IMG/VR virus record: IMGVR_UViG_3300035208_001807
Span: 85,408 to 149,407 of that record
Source: a virus
Lineage: Duplodnaviria; Caudoviricetes
DNA: 64,000 bases
Strand: one strand, 5' to 3'
The notes beneath the pieces are model-generated. The model was not told where the DNA came from. It made no database searches and saw only the letters and a list, made by a program, of their open reading frames with translations. Both the position numbers and the translations under genes were made by a program. Of this stretch, positions 9,428 through 17,666 are shown piece after piece. The stretch's first letter is position 1. Every line of letters starts with the position of its first letter.

Positions 9428-10174
9428 ATGGATCCCAAGAGTGTAGTTATACTTAGAACACTGGTAGGCTCACAGGCCCATGGTCTGGCGACACCCACTA
9501 GTGACATAGACTACAGGGCAGTATTCCTACTGCCTACCTCCGAGCATCTCAAGCTTGGCGGCACTGTGAGTGCTGTTGATTGGAAGGAGGGCGAGCAGGA
9601 TAACACGGCCTACGAGATAGGTCATTTCCTTCACCTCGCCCTTCAGTCCAATCCTTCTATACTTGAAGTCTTAGGTGGTCCTGTAGAAGAGTCTAACAAG
9701 TGGGGTGAAGAACTCCGTACTCTCCTACCTGATCTCTGGACATCCAGACGTGTTCTCGATTCCTTTACTGGCTACTCTCGTAACCAGCAGAAGAAGTTCT
9801 TCGAGGACAAGGATGGCAAGACGTGGAAGTATGCTGTAGCTTATGCCAGAGTTCTTCTACTTGGCATAGAGCTACTGCGACACGGCACGTTAACAGTCAG
9901 CCTAGAAAAGATGAGTAAGAACCCTGAGATGCTAAAGCTATCTCCTAAGGGTTGGTTAAACCCTGAATGGATAGGCGGCGGCGAACATCCTCTTGAACTC
10001 GATGAGGTTCTTAGGATGGTTAAGGCTGGCTTTGTCAGCAAGGGCATGGTCGTTGATTGGTGCGAGTCTCTGCGTCGTGAGATGCAGAAGGCTTACGATG
10101 CTAATCCCAATCATATAGCTAACCAGGATAAGGTCAACGAGTTCTTACTAAGGCTTAGGCGGGAGAACTGGTAA
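9428..10174 (+). CDS. Pol-beta superfamily nucleotidyltransferase (RlaP/YcgL-like)
   Basis: GSQAHGLATPTSDIDYR and NPSILE motifs. Confidence 0.85.
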   Translation: MDPKSVVILRTLVGSQAHGLATPTSDIDYRAVFLLPTSEHLKLGGTVSAVDWKEGEQDNTAYEIGHFLHLALQSNPSILEVLGGPVEESNKWGEELRTLLPDLWTSRRVLDSFTGYSRNQQKKFFEDKDGKTWKYAVAYARVLLLGIELLRHGTLTVSLEKMSKNPEMLKLSPKGWLNPEWIGGGEHPLELDEVLRMVKAGFVSKGMVVDWCESLRREMQKAYDANPNHIANQDKVNEFLLRLRRENW

Positions 10175-10857
10175 TGCCTAATGCTGGATTCGAACAAGAG
10201 CGGCGCCGTCGCAACCCGAAGGTGCCGCTATTTGTTTATCAGCGGGAGCGCAAGGGAAGCCGCATGTGCTTCCACTGTGCTAAGTGGAAGAAGCTCACTG
10301 AGTATGGGTGGGATGGGCACGGCAATAGGCGTGGCATCTGCCTACTCTGTATGAGAGCTTACAGACATAAGCATGAGATTCACAAGAGATCGTTGCCTGG
10401 GAAGATGCCCAAGACTCAGGTCTGTAACAAATGCAAGAAGCTTTTACCCGCCTGTTGTTTCCCACGTCGTGAAGAGTTCGATAAGAAGATAGATGGTCTT
10501 TGTATGTGGTGCGGTTCTCGCCCACGCTACCGTCGATATGCTCGCCTGCATACAGAGAGGTATGCCGAGGCTAGACAGTCTCGGATTATTAACCCAGAGA
10601 AGGCTAGGCTTACTGATGCTAGACATAAGCTCCGGCAAAAGGGGCAAGGCCTTATAATAGCGGAACGGAAGCAATTAAGCTTACGTAGAGCCAGACATGA
10701 AGCTAGGCTAGTTGGCTCAGCTAACCCAGTTAAGATGGGATTAAGTTCAACGGAATCTCAGAGCAGTGATTCCGCTGGAGCCCATATCAGTACAACGCAA
10801 CAGAGGGTGCGTGGTAGCTTTCCTAACCACGCTATATTTAGCAAGAGGAGAAGGTAA
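10174..10857 (+). CDS. Basic Cys-rich (multiple CxxC) hypothetical protein
   Basis: Four CxxC pairs, like the N-termini of phage HNH-type proteins. No catalytic motif seen. Confidence 0.5.
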   Translation: MPNAGFEQERRRRNPKVPLFVYQRERKGSRMCFHCAKWKKLTEYGWDGHGNRRGICLLCMRAYRHKHEIHKRSLPGKMPKTQVCNKCKKLLPACCFPRREEFDKKIDGLCMWCGSRPRYRRYARLHTERYAEARQSRIINPEKARLTDARHKLRQKGQGLIIAERKQLSLRRARHEARLVGSANPVKMGLSSTESQSSDSAGAHISTTQQRVRGSFPNHAIFSKRRR

Positions 10858-11132
10858 TGATCTCACGTACTTGTGATATTTGTAAGCAACCCAAAGAGGT
10901 TGCTGAGAATATTCTTATTGGAATGCTAGGCGGCGTTAAGCTAGACATCAAACTAGGCATCTATAAGCAAGGCGAGGGAGACATCTGTGTAGATTGTGCG
11001 CGCCAGATCCTCAAAGACGTTGTTGAGAAGGGTGTCTTTCGTGGGCGCCTGATTGAGATGCCTGCTGATTATGTACCACTTGTTGCACCTGCTGCTGAAG
11101 TGAAGCTGAACTATTCGCTAACCCATAAGTAA
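10857..11132 (+). CDS. Small zinc-finger protein
   Basis: CDIC...CVDC; SD GAGGAG. Confidence 0.6.
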   Translation: MISRTCDICKQPKEVAENILIGMLGGVKLDIKLGIYKQGEGDICVDCARQILKDVVEKGVFRGRLIEMPADYVPLVAPAAEVKLNYSLTHK

Positions 11133-11140
11133 GGTCTACC

Positions 11141-12280
11141 ATGCCGTTGCACATACAAAACTTCCTTCGTAACCCGAAGAACAACCTAGAGGACTTAACT
11201 CGGTTACTAGGAGTTGAGTATAAGGTTGTTGATGGCAAGGTTGTCATCAACTATAGCATGTTCGACTCACCCAAGGCCCATCCTATTGTTAAGGAATGCC
11301 GCGGGCTGATTCTCTATGAGGGCTCTTGGGACATTGCTTCAATGGCATTTGAGAGGTTCTTCAACCTAGGCGAAGGCCCCGACCAAGACCTAGGAGCAAG
11401 GGATTTATCTAAGGGCTTAGTCTATCCGAAGCTTGACGGCACAATGTGCTCTCTATGGTTCGACAGGACTACAAACAAGTGGACAGTTTCCACCCGTTCC
11501 ATGGTCTATGCTGATGGCGCGGTGGGCACTCTGTCTACCAAGACATTCAAGGATCTATTCTGGGAAGCTGCCGATGCTACGGCTCTTCCTGGTGCTACGC
11601 TTGACAAGGATAACGAGATTCTCAACTCTCGTTATACCTATGTCTTTGAGCTAACCTCTCCCGAGAACAGGATTGTAACTCCGTACACAGCACCTCAGAT
11701 TCACCTCTTAACTGCTCGTAATCTAGACACACTAGATGAAGTATCACATGAGGAGATGCGTCGTCTTGCGCTTGCGATGAATGTGTGGCCGATCCTTCCT
11801 GTTAAACTAACCGATTGGAAGGAACTATTATCCTTTCCTAAGTTGGCCCCCACCGATGAGGGCTATGTTATAGCGTTCCCCTCAAAGGAAGGCTCCCATC
11901 GTAGGCTTAAAGTTAAGAACCCTGCCTACCTAGCTATAGCCCACATGGTTACTGCTCCTACAGAGCGTAACTTTATGGATCTAGTGAGGACTGGTGCAGC
12001 CGATGAGTTCCTTGTGTACTATCCTGAGTACACAGATAACATCAAGCGCCTGTCTGCTGGCCTCCAGAGGGTAGCCGAGATAGTTCGTAGGGACTATGTG
12101 GACCTGGATTCTATTAAGGATCGCAAGTCCTTTGCTATAGAAGCAGTTAAGAGGCGTTACCCCTCTGTTCTATTTGCCATGAGGGATGGCAAGGTTACCA
12201 ATCTGGCACAGGATTTGTTGCTCATGCCTATAGATGCGTTGTTGTCAATGATCAAGAGGTCAGAGGGTACAAATGACTAA
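11141..12280 (+). CDS. rnlA: RNA ligase, T4 Rnl1-like
   Basis: ECRGLIL, FERFFN, KLDGT, FELTSPENRIV, EGYV and KVKNPAY motifs. Confidence 0.9.
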   Translation: MPLHIQNFLRNPKNNLEDLTRLLGVEYKVVDGKVVINYSMFDSPKAHPIVKECRGLILYEGSWDIASMAFERFFNLGEGPDQDLGARDLSKGLVYPKLDGTMCSLWFDRTTNKWTVSTRSMVYADGAVGTLSTKTFKDLFWEAADATALPGATLDKDNEILNSRYTYVFELTSPENRIVTPYTAPQIHLLTARNLDTLDEVSHEEMRRLALAMNVWPILPVKLTDWKELLSFPKLAPTDEGYVIAFPSKEGSHRRLKVKNPAYLAIAHMVTAPTERNFMDLVRTGAADEFLVYYPEYTDNIKRLSAGLQRVAEIVRRDYVDLDSIKDRKSFAIEAVKRRYPSVLFAMRDGKVTNLAQDLLLMPIDALLSMIKRSEGTND

Positions 12281-13154
12281 TGAAAATCCTTTCATGAGTC
12301 TTAGGAAGATGACTAGAGCAACTCCTAGTCAGTCTGCTACAGAGATGCCAATGGATAAGCTTCTCTCCCTTTCCGGGGACGAGCTTGAGGATGTACTGGA
12401 TGCCAGCATGGATCCAGTAGAAGCGGCTTTAGTAGATGATCTACTAATACCTATCTTCAGGACTTGTATGGATGCCATCAAGTCTAATGGCATTGGCAAC
12501 ACCTTTGATGAGGTTATTGCTAAGGCATTGGATGTTATCCCAGTTGAGATGCGCCAAGCCGAGAACTCTGAGATTCGTAAGACCTTTGTTACCTTCATGA
12601 AGGCTCTACTCGTAGAGCGTCAAACTATGGAGGACTCGCAAGAGGAGCCCCCTCCGGGTACCTGTCCAGCTACAGACATCTTCTTTGGAGTGTCTGCTTA
12701 CTATGCTCGGATGGTAGAGACCCTGGTTATCTTCAAGGGTTTTGGCCATATCAAACGCAAGGAACTATCAGAGACCGAGTATACCCTAGACGTTCAGGGG
12801 ATTGGACCGCCCAAGACCACCTCTAAGCATGTCGCTGCATTTCTTTGCTTCTTGTTTAGGCGCGCCATAGCCAGGGACGAACGTCTTCAAGAGATGATGA
12901 ACTCCCTATGTACAAATGAGCGCCTCGCTCATATCTTTAGTACGGATGTGAAGTCTAGAGTTGTCGAGTGTCTTATCGACTGTATTGTTATAATCTTTAC
13001 TGATATGTTCTACTCGTTGGGTATTATTAGCCGAGACATTGTTGACAAGTGGGAAACGGATAATGACCTCGACAATATGGACTATAAGAAGGTCATGGAT
13101 AGTGCCAGCCATACCCTAATAGACGAGGGGCACGATGGCAAAGGAGATCAGTAA
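12273..13154 (+). CDS. Hypothetical protein
   Basis: 293 aa acidic ORF overlapping its neighbours. Confidence 0.65.
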   Translation: MTNENPFMSLRKMTRATPSQSATEMPMDKLLSLSGDELEDVLDASMDPVEAALVDDLLIPIFRTCMDAIKSNGIGNTFDEVIAKALDVIPVEMRQAENSEIRKTFVTFMKALLVERQTMEDSQEEPPPGTCPATDIFFGVSAYYARMVETLVIFKGFGHIKRKELSETEYTLDVQGIGPPKTTSKHVAAFLCFLFRRAIARDERLQEMMNSLCTNERLAHIFSTDVKSRVVECLIDCIVIIFTDMFYSLGIISRDIVDKWETDNDLDNMDYKKVMDSASHTLIDEGHDGKGDQ

Positions 13155-13392
13155 TCCTAATGAGTTAGTCTGGGTTGATACGGGGGAGGGACCTGTCCGA
13201 GCCATGTACGGCACAGAGAATATGAGCCGGCCCATTTCGATGCACCAGCCTAAGCAGATGAAGCGGAGCGAGGTTGCTTTTGGATGGAAGGTACTTGACG
13301 AGCAGAAGCTAAAGTTGTATACTCGGTGCATTGCTGAGGTTGATGCCAGAAAAGCCAGTAAGGACAAGGCTAAACCACCCCTTGAAATATAA
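13135..13392 (+). CDS. Hypothetical protein
   Basis: 85 aa ORF with SD GAGGGG. Confidence 0.55.
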   Translation: MAKEISNPNELVWVDTGEGPVRAMYGTENMSRPISMHQPKQMKRSEVAFGWKVLDEQKLKLYTRCIAEVDARKASKDKAKPPLEI

Positions 13393-13543
13393 GGGGATGT
13401 TGATACAATAAGGATAGCGATTAACACCTTATTAAATGACCCCTCCGTACTCCCCCTTGTAAAACACCCAACGAGTACTCTCAGTAACGGGACTTCCCTG
13501 TCCCTAGGTGTGTTTAACAAGAAACGAACGAAGGAGCCTTTCA

Positions 13544-14314
13544 ATGAGTATAAGAGCCAGGGTCTTAATGGCCCTGACTGTAGTACTCACAGGGTGTGGC
13601 AATAATGTACCTGCCCAACGAGATATAAACTGTGAGCCGACATCACCTACTACAGTCACTGTTTCTGTAACACCAGTCTTCACTCCGACTCTGAAGGAGC
13701 AGATAGCTGCTGTGAGGACACGTAGTCCTGAGCTAGCTGACTTCATCAAGAAGTTATATACAGACTACCGTAATAAGAGTAGCCTGTATAGAGAGTGGAC
13801 TCCGTTACACCAGTACATCTACATCAGACATATAGACGGCCTTAAGATCTTTGGCTTTCCTAACCGACCCCTATCTAGGGAGCGGGTAAGGATGTATGTC
13901 TATGCGCTCAATGAATACCCTGCTCGGTTTGGGAATGACCGCGACTGGTTCATTGCCCAGATAGACCATGAGACTAGGTTTGTCAACAAGATTGGCGACA
14001 GGTCTAGGAACTCAAAGAAGATGCCTAAGTTCCTATGGTCCTATGGGCCAGGCCAGGTCCAATTTGGATCAGCTAAGTGGAACCTTATATCCAGGGGCAT
14101 CCGCGGTCTAAGGGAAGAGGATTTAGTTGACTTTCCCCTCTTGAATTTGAACATATCTGCGAGTATAATTGCAGCAAAGGTAAGAGAACTCGGGTCTTAC
14201 GAAAAGGGCCTCCAGTGCTATAACGGGGGCGATAACGGATGGAAGGATGGCCGGTCGAAACCATACCTCAGGAAAGTAACTGAGATATATAACAACCGTG
14301 CGGTCTGGTACTAA
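13544..14314 (+). CDS. Lytic transglycosylase (SLT) with lipoprotein signal
   Basis: Catalytic HET, YGPGQV and YNGG motifs. N-terminal lipobox LTGC. SD AAGGAG before ATG 13544. Confidence 0.75.
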   Translation: MSIRARVLMALTVVLTGCGNNVPAQRDINCEPTSPTTVTVSVTPVFTPTLKEQIAAVRTRSPELADFIKKLYTDYRNKSSLYREWTPLHQYIYIRHIDGLKIFGFPNRPLSRERVRMYVYALNEYPARFGNDRDWFIAQIDHETRFVNKIGDRSRNSKKMPKFLWSYGPGQVQFGSAKWNLISRGIRGLREEDLVDFPLLNLNISASIIAAKVRELGSYEKGLQCYNGGDNGWKDGRSKPYLRKVTEIYNNRAVWY

Positions 14315-14375
14315 ATCAGAGATATGGAATGAATCAGGGCTGCGCAAGTAGCCCAAGAGAAATGGGAGGAAACCC

Positions 14376-14789
14376 ATGAAGGTAGAAGTAACTAAGATAT
14401 TTAAGCGGGCGGATGCGGGTTCGAAGCTGAAAGGCTTCGCGACAGTAAGCATCCAGTTTGAAGAGGGGCACGTAGTTTCCATCGACGGAGTAAAGATCCT
14501 AGATGGTAGCCGCGGTCTCTTCTGTGGACTACCCAGCACTCAGTCGAAGAAGGATCCGAACCAGTGGTTCGAGATCATCGATCTCAGTCAGGCTCTCAGG
14601 GACGCAGTTCGCGATGCAGTTATCGTGGCCTACGAAGACCCCGAGTTCCGCAACAAGCCTGTTGTAAAGAAGGACAACAAGGGCTCTGGCAAGCCTCCTT
14701 ACCAGAAGCGGGAGACAGCAGCGGCTGCGAATAACTCTCGTCCCCAAGCGTCATCAGACGAAATGGGTGAAGAGGAACCTCCCTTCTAA
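14376..14789 (+). CDS. spoVG: SpoVG-family nucleic acid-binding protein with acidic tail
   Basis: LKGFATV..IDGVKILDGSRGLFCGLPS motif; tail ends EEEPPF. Confidence 0.85.
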   Translation: MKVEVTKIFKRADAGSKLKGFATVSIQFEEGHVVSIDGVKILDGSRGLFCGLPSTQSKKDPNQWFEIIDLSQALRDAVRDAVIVAYEDPEFRNKPVVKKDNKGSGKPPYQKRETAAAANNSRPQASSDEMGEEEPPF

Positions 14790-14802
14790 TCAAGACTAAC
14801 CG

Positions 14803-14835
14803 AAGGCCACTCATCGTACGGTGGGTGGCCTTTAA
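14803..14835 (+). terminator. Stem-loop after spoVG (terminator or processing signal)
   Basis: AAGGCCACTCATC / GGTGGGTGGCCTT inverted repeat. Confidence 0.55.
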
Positions 14836-14838
14836 TAT

Positions 14839-14913
14839 GTGGGCCGTAGTTTAGTGGTAAAACCGTGGGTTGTGGACCCACAGTCGCGAGTTCGATCCTC
14901 ACCGGTCCACCCA
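14839..14913 (+). tRNA. tRNA-His(GTG)
   Basis: Cloverleaf with G-1:C73 pair, anticodon arm GTGGG-TT-GTG-GA-CCCAC, TTCGA loop and encoded CCA. Confidence 0.93.
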
Positions 14914-14927
14914 AATAAGGTACTAAG

Positions 14928-15176
14928 ATGCCAAGATCTAAAGTTGACAAGAACCAAGTCAGTAAGACGGGTGTTAAGGCCAAGGTCGTCCATGATATTA
15001 CTGGAGACTTTGGCACCATCCTGTATGAATGTGGGTGTGCTTTCTGTGACAAGAACCTGCGTTGGGTTCTAGATAAAGAAATAGATGGTGTACAGGTTGC
15101 AAAATGTTGCGGCCGCGTGTACCATATGTATACAGAGACTGTCTCTGTTCATCTCCTGAAGCCTGGGGAGAAGTAA
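14928..15176 (+). CDS. Small Cys-rich hypothetical protein
   Basis: CGCAFC...CCG. Confidence 0.55.
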   Translation: MPRSKVDKNQVSKTGVKAKVVHDITGDFGTILYECGCAFCDKNLRWVLDKEIDGVQVAKCCGRVYHMYTETVSVHLLKPGEK

Positions 15177-15179
15177 CAC

Positions 15180-15284
15180 GGCCGGTTAAGTGCTTTTGCA
15201 CCGACATGCACTGTTGACGGACTGGCGGATGTGCAAGTTCCCGGTCAGTCTAATGAGTGGTCGCCCACAGAGGGCTATCCGGCC
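15180..15284 (+). ncRNA. Candidate structured RNA (multi-stem junction) upstream of tmk
   Basis: Closing stem GGCCGG/CCGGCC with inner stems GTGC/GCAC, GGACTGGC/GTCAGTCT and GCCC/GGGC. Confidence 0.45.
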
Positions 15285-15301
15285 TACAATTGAGGTGAGT
15301 A

Positions 15302-16009
15302 ATGCATATAGTAATAGAAGGTCCAGATTATTCAGGCAAGTCTACGGTCTCTGAGAGACTCTATGCTGCCTCGGTTCAGTGCCCTGGAATCAGCACGAGT
15401 TTTAAGATGCACCAGCCTGGTGATACCAGACTTGGTGAAGGGTTGCGGTCGCTCCTAAAGGATAAAGATGTTAGGATTGACGGCAAGTCTACTCAACTTC
15501 TTCTTACTGCAGCCGACCATCATGAGTTTGTGTACCAAAGACTGATGGGCATGTACCATTTCATGCGTCAGAAGGGTAAGCGAGTCTGTCTAATTCAAGA
15601 CAGGCACTCTGGTATCTCTGGCTATGCTTACCAGGTAGTAGCCAACGGCGCCGACCCTAAGCTATTCAGGCAACTATATACTATCAATGCCAACATTCGG
15701 AAGTTTCAAGTACCCGACAGAGTCTACCTGCTCATTCCTTCTCTAGATACAATCAGGGCAAGGATGGTAACCCGCGGTACACCCAAAGACCGATATGAGA
15801 ACCTTGATTACCTAGCCAAGGTGCTCAAGGGATATAATGCTGTTGCGGAGAAGGGTATTCTTCCCCGTAGAATCTATAAAGTAATTAATGCTAACCTCTC
15901 ACAGGATACAGTGTATAAGCTAATCCTATCTGATATGATGAAGCAGGGTCCTGAGTTAAGACACTTGGCAGACTATGCCATTGCGAACTTGACTTTAGTA
16001 GGCAAGTAA
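15302..16009 (+). CDS. tmk: Thymidylate kinase
   Basis: IEGPDYSGKST, QPG, DR..S..AYQ and DRYE motifs. Confidence 0.88.
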   Translation: MHIVIEGPDYSGKSTVSERLYAASVQCPGISTSFKMHQPGDTRLGEGLRSLLKDKDVRIDGKSTQLLLTAADHHEFVYQRLMGMYHFMRQKGKRVCLIQDRHSGISGYAYQVVANGADPKLFRQLYTINANIRKFQVPDRVYLLIPSLDTIRARMVTRGTPKDRYENLDYLAKVLKGYNAVAEKGILPRRIYKVINANLSQDTVYKLILSDMMKQGPELRHLADYAIANLTLVGK

Positions 16010-16048
16010 TATAAACTATAAGTATCTTAGATCTAGGAGTGAATTAGG

Positions 16049-16558
16049 ATGTCAACAATACTACGTAATAAAGAGTATGCACTATACAGTAAAGGTTCCG
16101 CAGCGCAATTCAAGCTACGCAAGCTAGTCGACAAGATCGATGAGAACAAATCAGAAGAGAACTACTGGTTGTTCGTTGAAGCAGCTAATGTTCTACCAGG
16201 ACAACGTAAGTTTGACTGGGAAAACAAGTGCAACATCAGGCTTGGTTTAGCAGACCTAGGTATCTTCCTCAATGGATTCAGAACAGGATTCAAAGGAGAT
16301 AAGAAGTGCGAGATCTTCCATGACCCAGGTAAGGGCAGTGCTACTGAGGGCTTTGAGACGAAGGCAATGGCAATTCAGCCAGGGGCTTCCTACGGATACC
16401 AACTTGTCTTCCGCTACAACAAAAAGGCCGACGCAAAAGGACCCGAGAAAAAGGTCAACGTTGCAGTCCCAGTCAGCGACGAGCAGATGGTCATTCTCAA
16501 GATCTTGCTTGAGCGATCTGTCGTAATGCTAGCTGGCTTCTACGATGGAGTTATGTAA
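16049..16558 (+). CDS. Whirly-like ssDNA-binding protein
   Basis: Y.SKGSAA, FDWENK, CEIFHDPGKG, VPVSDEQ and LAGF align by eye with plant Whirly motifs (YKGKAAL, YDW.RK, CEFFHDP.KG, IPVT.AE, LLGW). Confidence 0.7.
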   Translation: MSTILRNKEYALYSKGSAAQFKLRKLVDKIDENKSEENYWLFVEAANVLPGQRKFDWENKCNIRLGLADLGIFLNGFRTGFKGDKKCEIFHDPGKGSATEGFETKAMAIQPGASYGYQLVFRYNKKADAKGPEKKVNVAVPVSDEQMVILKILLERSVVMLAGFYDGVM

Positions 16559-16857
16559 TGGGTATGTTCGACCGCAACCCAATGGAGCCTAAGCTCCCTT
16601 CCGATTATGCTACCATCATGTATATCCCTGTCTATTCATTAGACTTAGGAGTTACATGGAAGGCTCTCGATCCTCAGCTTAGCTCGCGTCAGGCTAAGAT
16701 AAGACTGAAGTCTGTGCTTCCTAGTGGAGCGGGGATGAAAGAGCATCGCTTTGATAAGCTACGCTGTGGTGTTTTGCTCTTCAATCTTGCTAACATAAAG
16801 CACGACTACTACCTGGAATTTGTTCCTGACGACTTTGTGTCTGACGCTACTGCTTAA
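16558..16857 (+). CDS. Hypothetical protein
   Basis: TAATG coupling to the upstream gene. Confidence 0.55.
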   Translation: MGMFDRNPMEPKLPSDYATIMYIPVYSLDLGVTWKALDPQLSSRQAKIRLKSVLPSGAGMKEHRFDKLRCGVLLFNLANIKHDYYLEFVPDDFVSDATA

Positions 16858-16971
16858 CATTAAGCTTCCAGAGCGTCAACATAAATGAGAGATATAAATC
16901 TCCGGTTGTCATGATACTTCTATTACCTATAGAGGTATGATACCAATGTCCGCAAAAGCGGAAGGTGTACA

Positions 16972-17265
16972 ATGTCACTGTTCCCAACTAGACAGCTTTC
17001 AATTCAAACTCGATGCCTTATAGATGGCTATAAGGGCTGTCCACACTGTAGTTCAACTAACTTGGTGGCCCCACCCTCGTCAGCTTTAACTGCTGATTCG
17101 AGTGGTCGTCCATTTACTAACGACTATGAAGTGCAACCTGGATTCCCATCGTACTCCTCTTGGAGATGCCTGGCTTGCAATAGATCATTTGAGAATTGGA
17201 AATTCATTCCCAAAGAGGCGGGCTTCGATGGAGAAATCAAAGGATCAGAGAACGCGGGTTTTTAA
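16972..17265 (+). CDS. Zinc-ribbon protein
   Basis: CPHC...CLAC. Confidence 0.55.
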   Translation: MSLFPTRQLSIQTRCLIDGYKGCPHCSSTNLVAPPSSALTADSSGRPFTNDYEVQPGFPSYSSWRCLACNRSFENWKFIPKEAGFDGEIKGSENAGF

Positions 17266-17644
17266 GACCGAGCTGATCTATGTTACACTGAAGAGACCTA
17301 AGCGGGGGAAGTTCCTTAGATCTTACCTTGACTGGATGGTTACTCGGTTTGCTAACAAGGAACAGCAGGAAGACCCCAAGCAGTTACTTATAGAGGTTCT
17401 CTCCGACGTTAAGAGTGGTACCTACAGCGCCAAGACTGTTAAGCGGCTAGGAATGGGAAAGAAAGAGATCCCCTTTGAATTCCAGATACGGCAGTTCTCT
17501 CAAGCAGGTCTCCCCTCAGATCAACCCGAAGTCATTATCATTTCTGGCAACGGAAACCCAACAACATTCATCGAGTGGCTAACCTCTAAGGGTTATCAGG
17601 TAGAGCTGAAGACCATTAAGCACCAGGAATTTCGCTCTCTATAA
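17228..17644 (+). CDS. Hypothetical protein
   Basis: ORF upstream of nrdJ; start inferred. Confidence 0.55.
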   Translation: MEKSKDQRTRVFKTELIYVTLKRPKRGKFLRSYLDWMVTRFANKEQQEDPKQLLIEVLSDVKSGTYSAKTVKRLGMGKKEIPFEFQIRQFSQAGLPSDQPEVIIISGNGNPTTFIEWLTSKGYQVELKTIKHQEFRSL

Positions 17645-17666
17645 CATCCCCGGAGGTTTGTTCCCA

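Noticed and set aside
14786-15072. ORFs overlapping tRNA-His (14839-15072 + and 14786-15052 -)
   Set aside because: They overlap a clear tRNA and the better ORF at 14928.
15180-15284. Hammerhead, twister or twister-sister ribozyme
   Set aside because: CTAATGAG and GTGCAAG fragments are present, but the required partner motifs (GAAA core, pseudoknot pairings) could not be placed.
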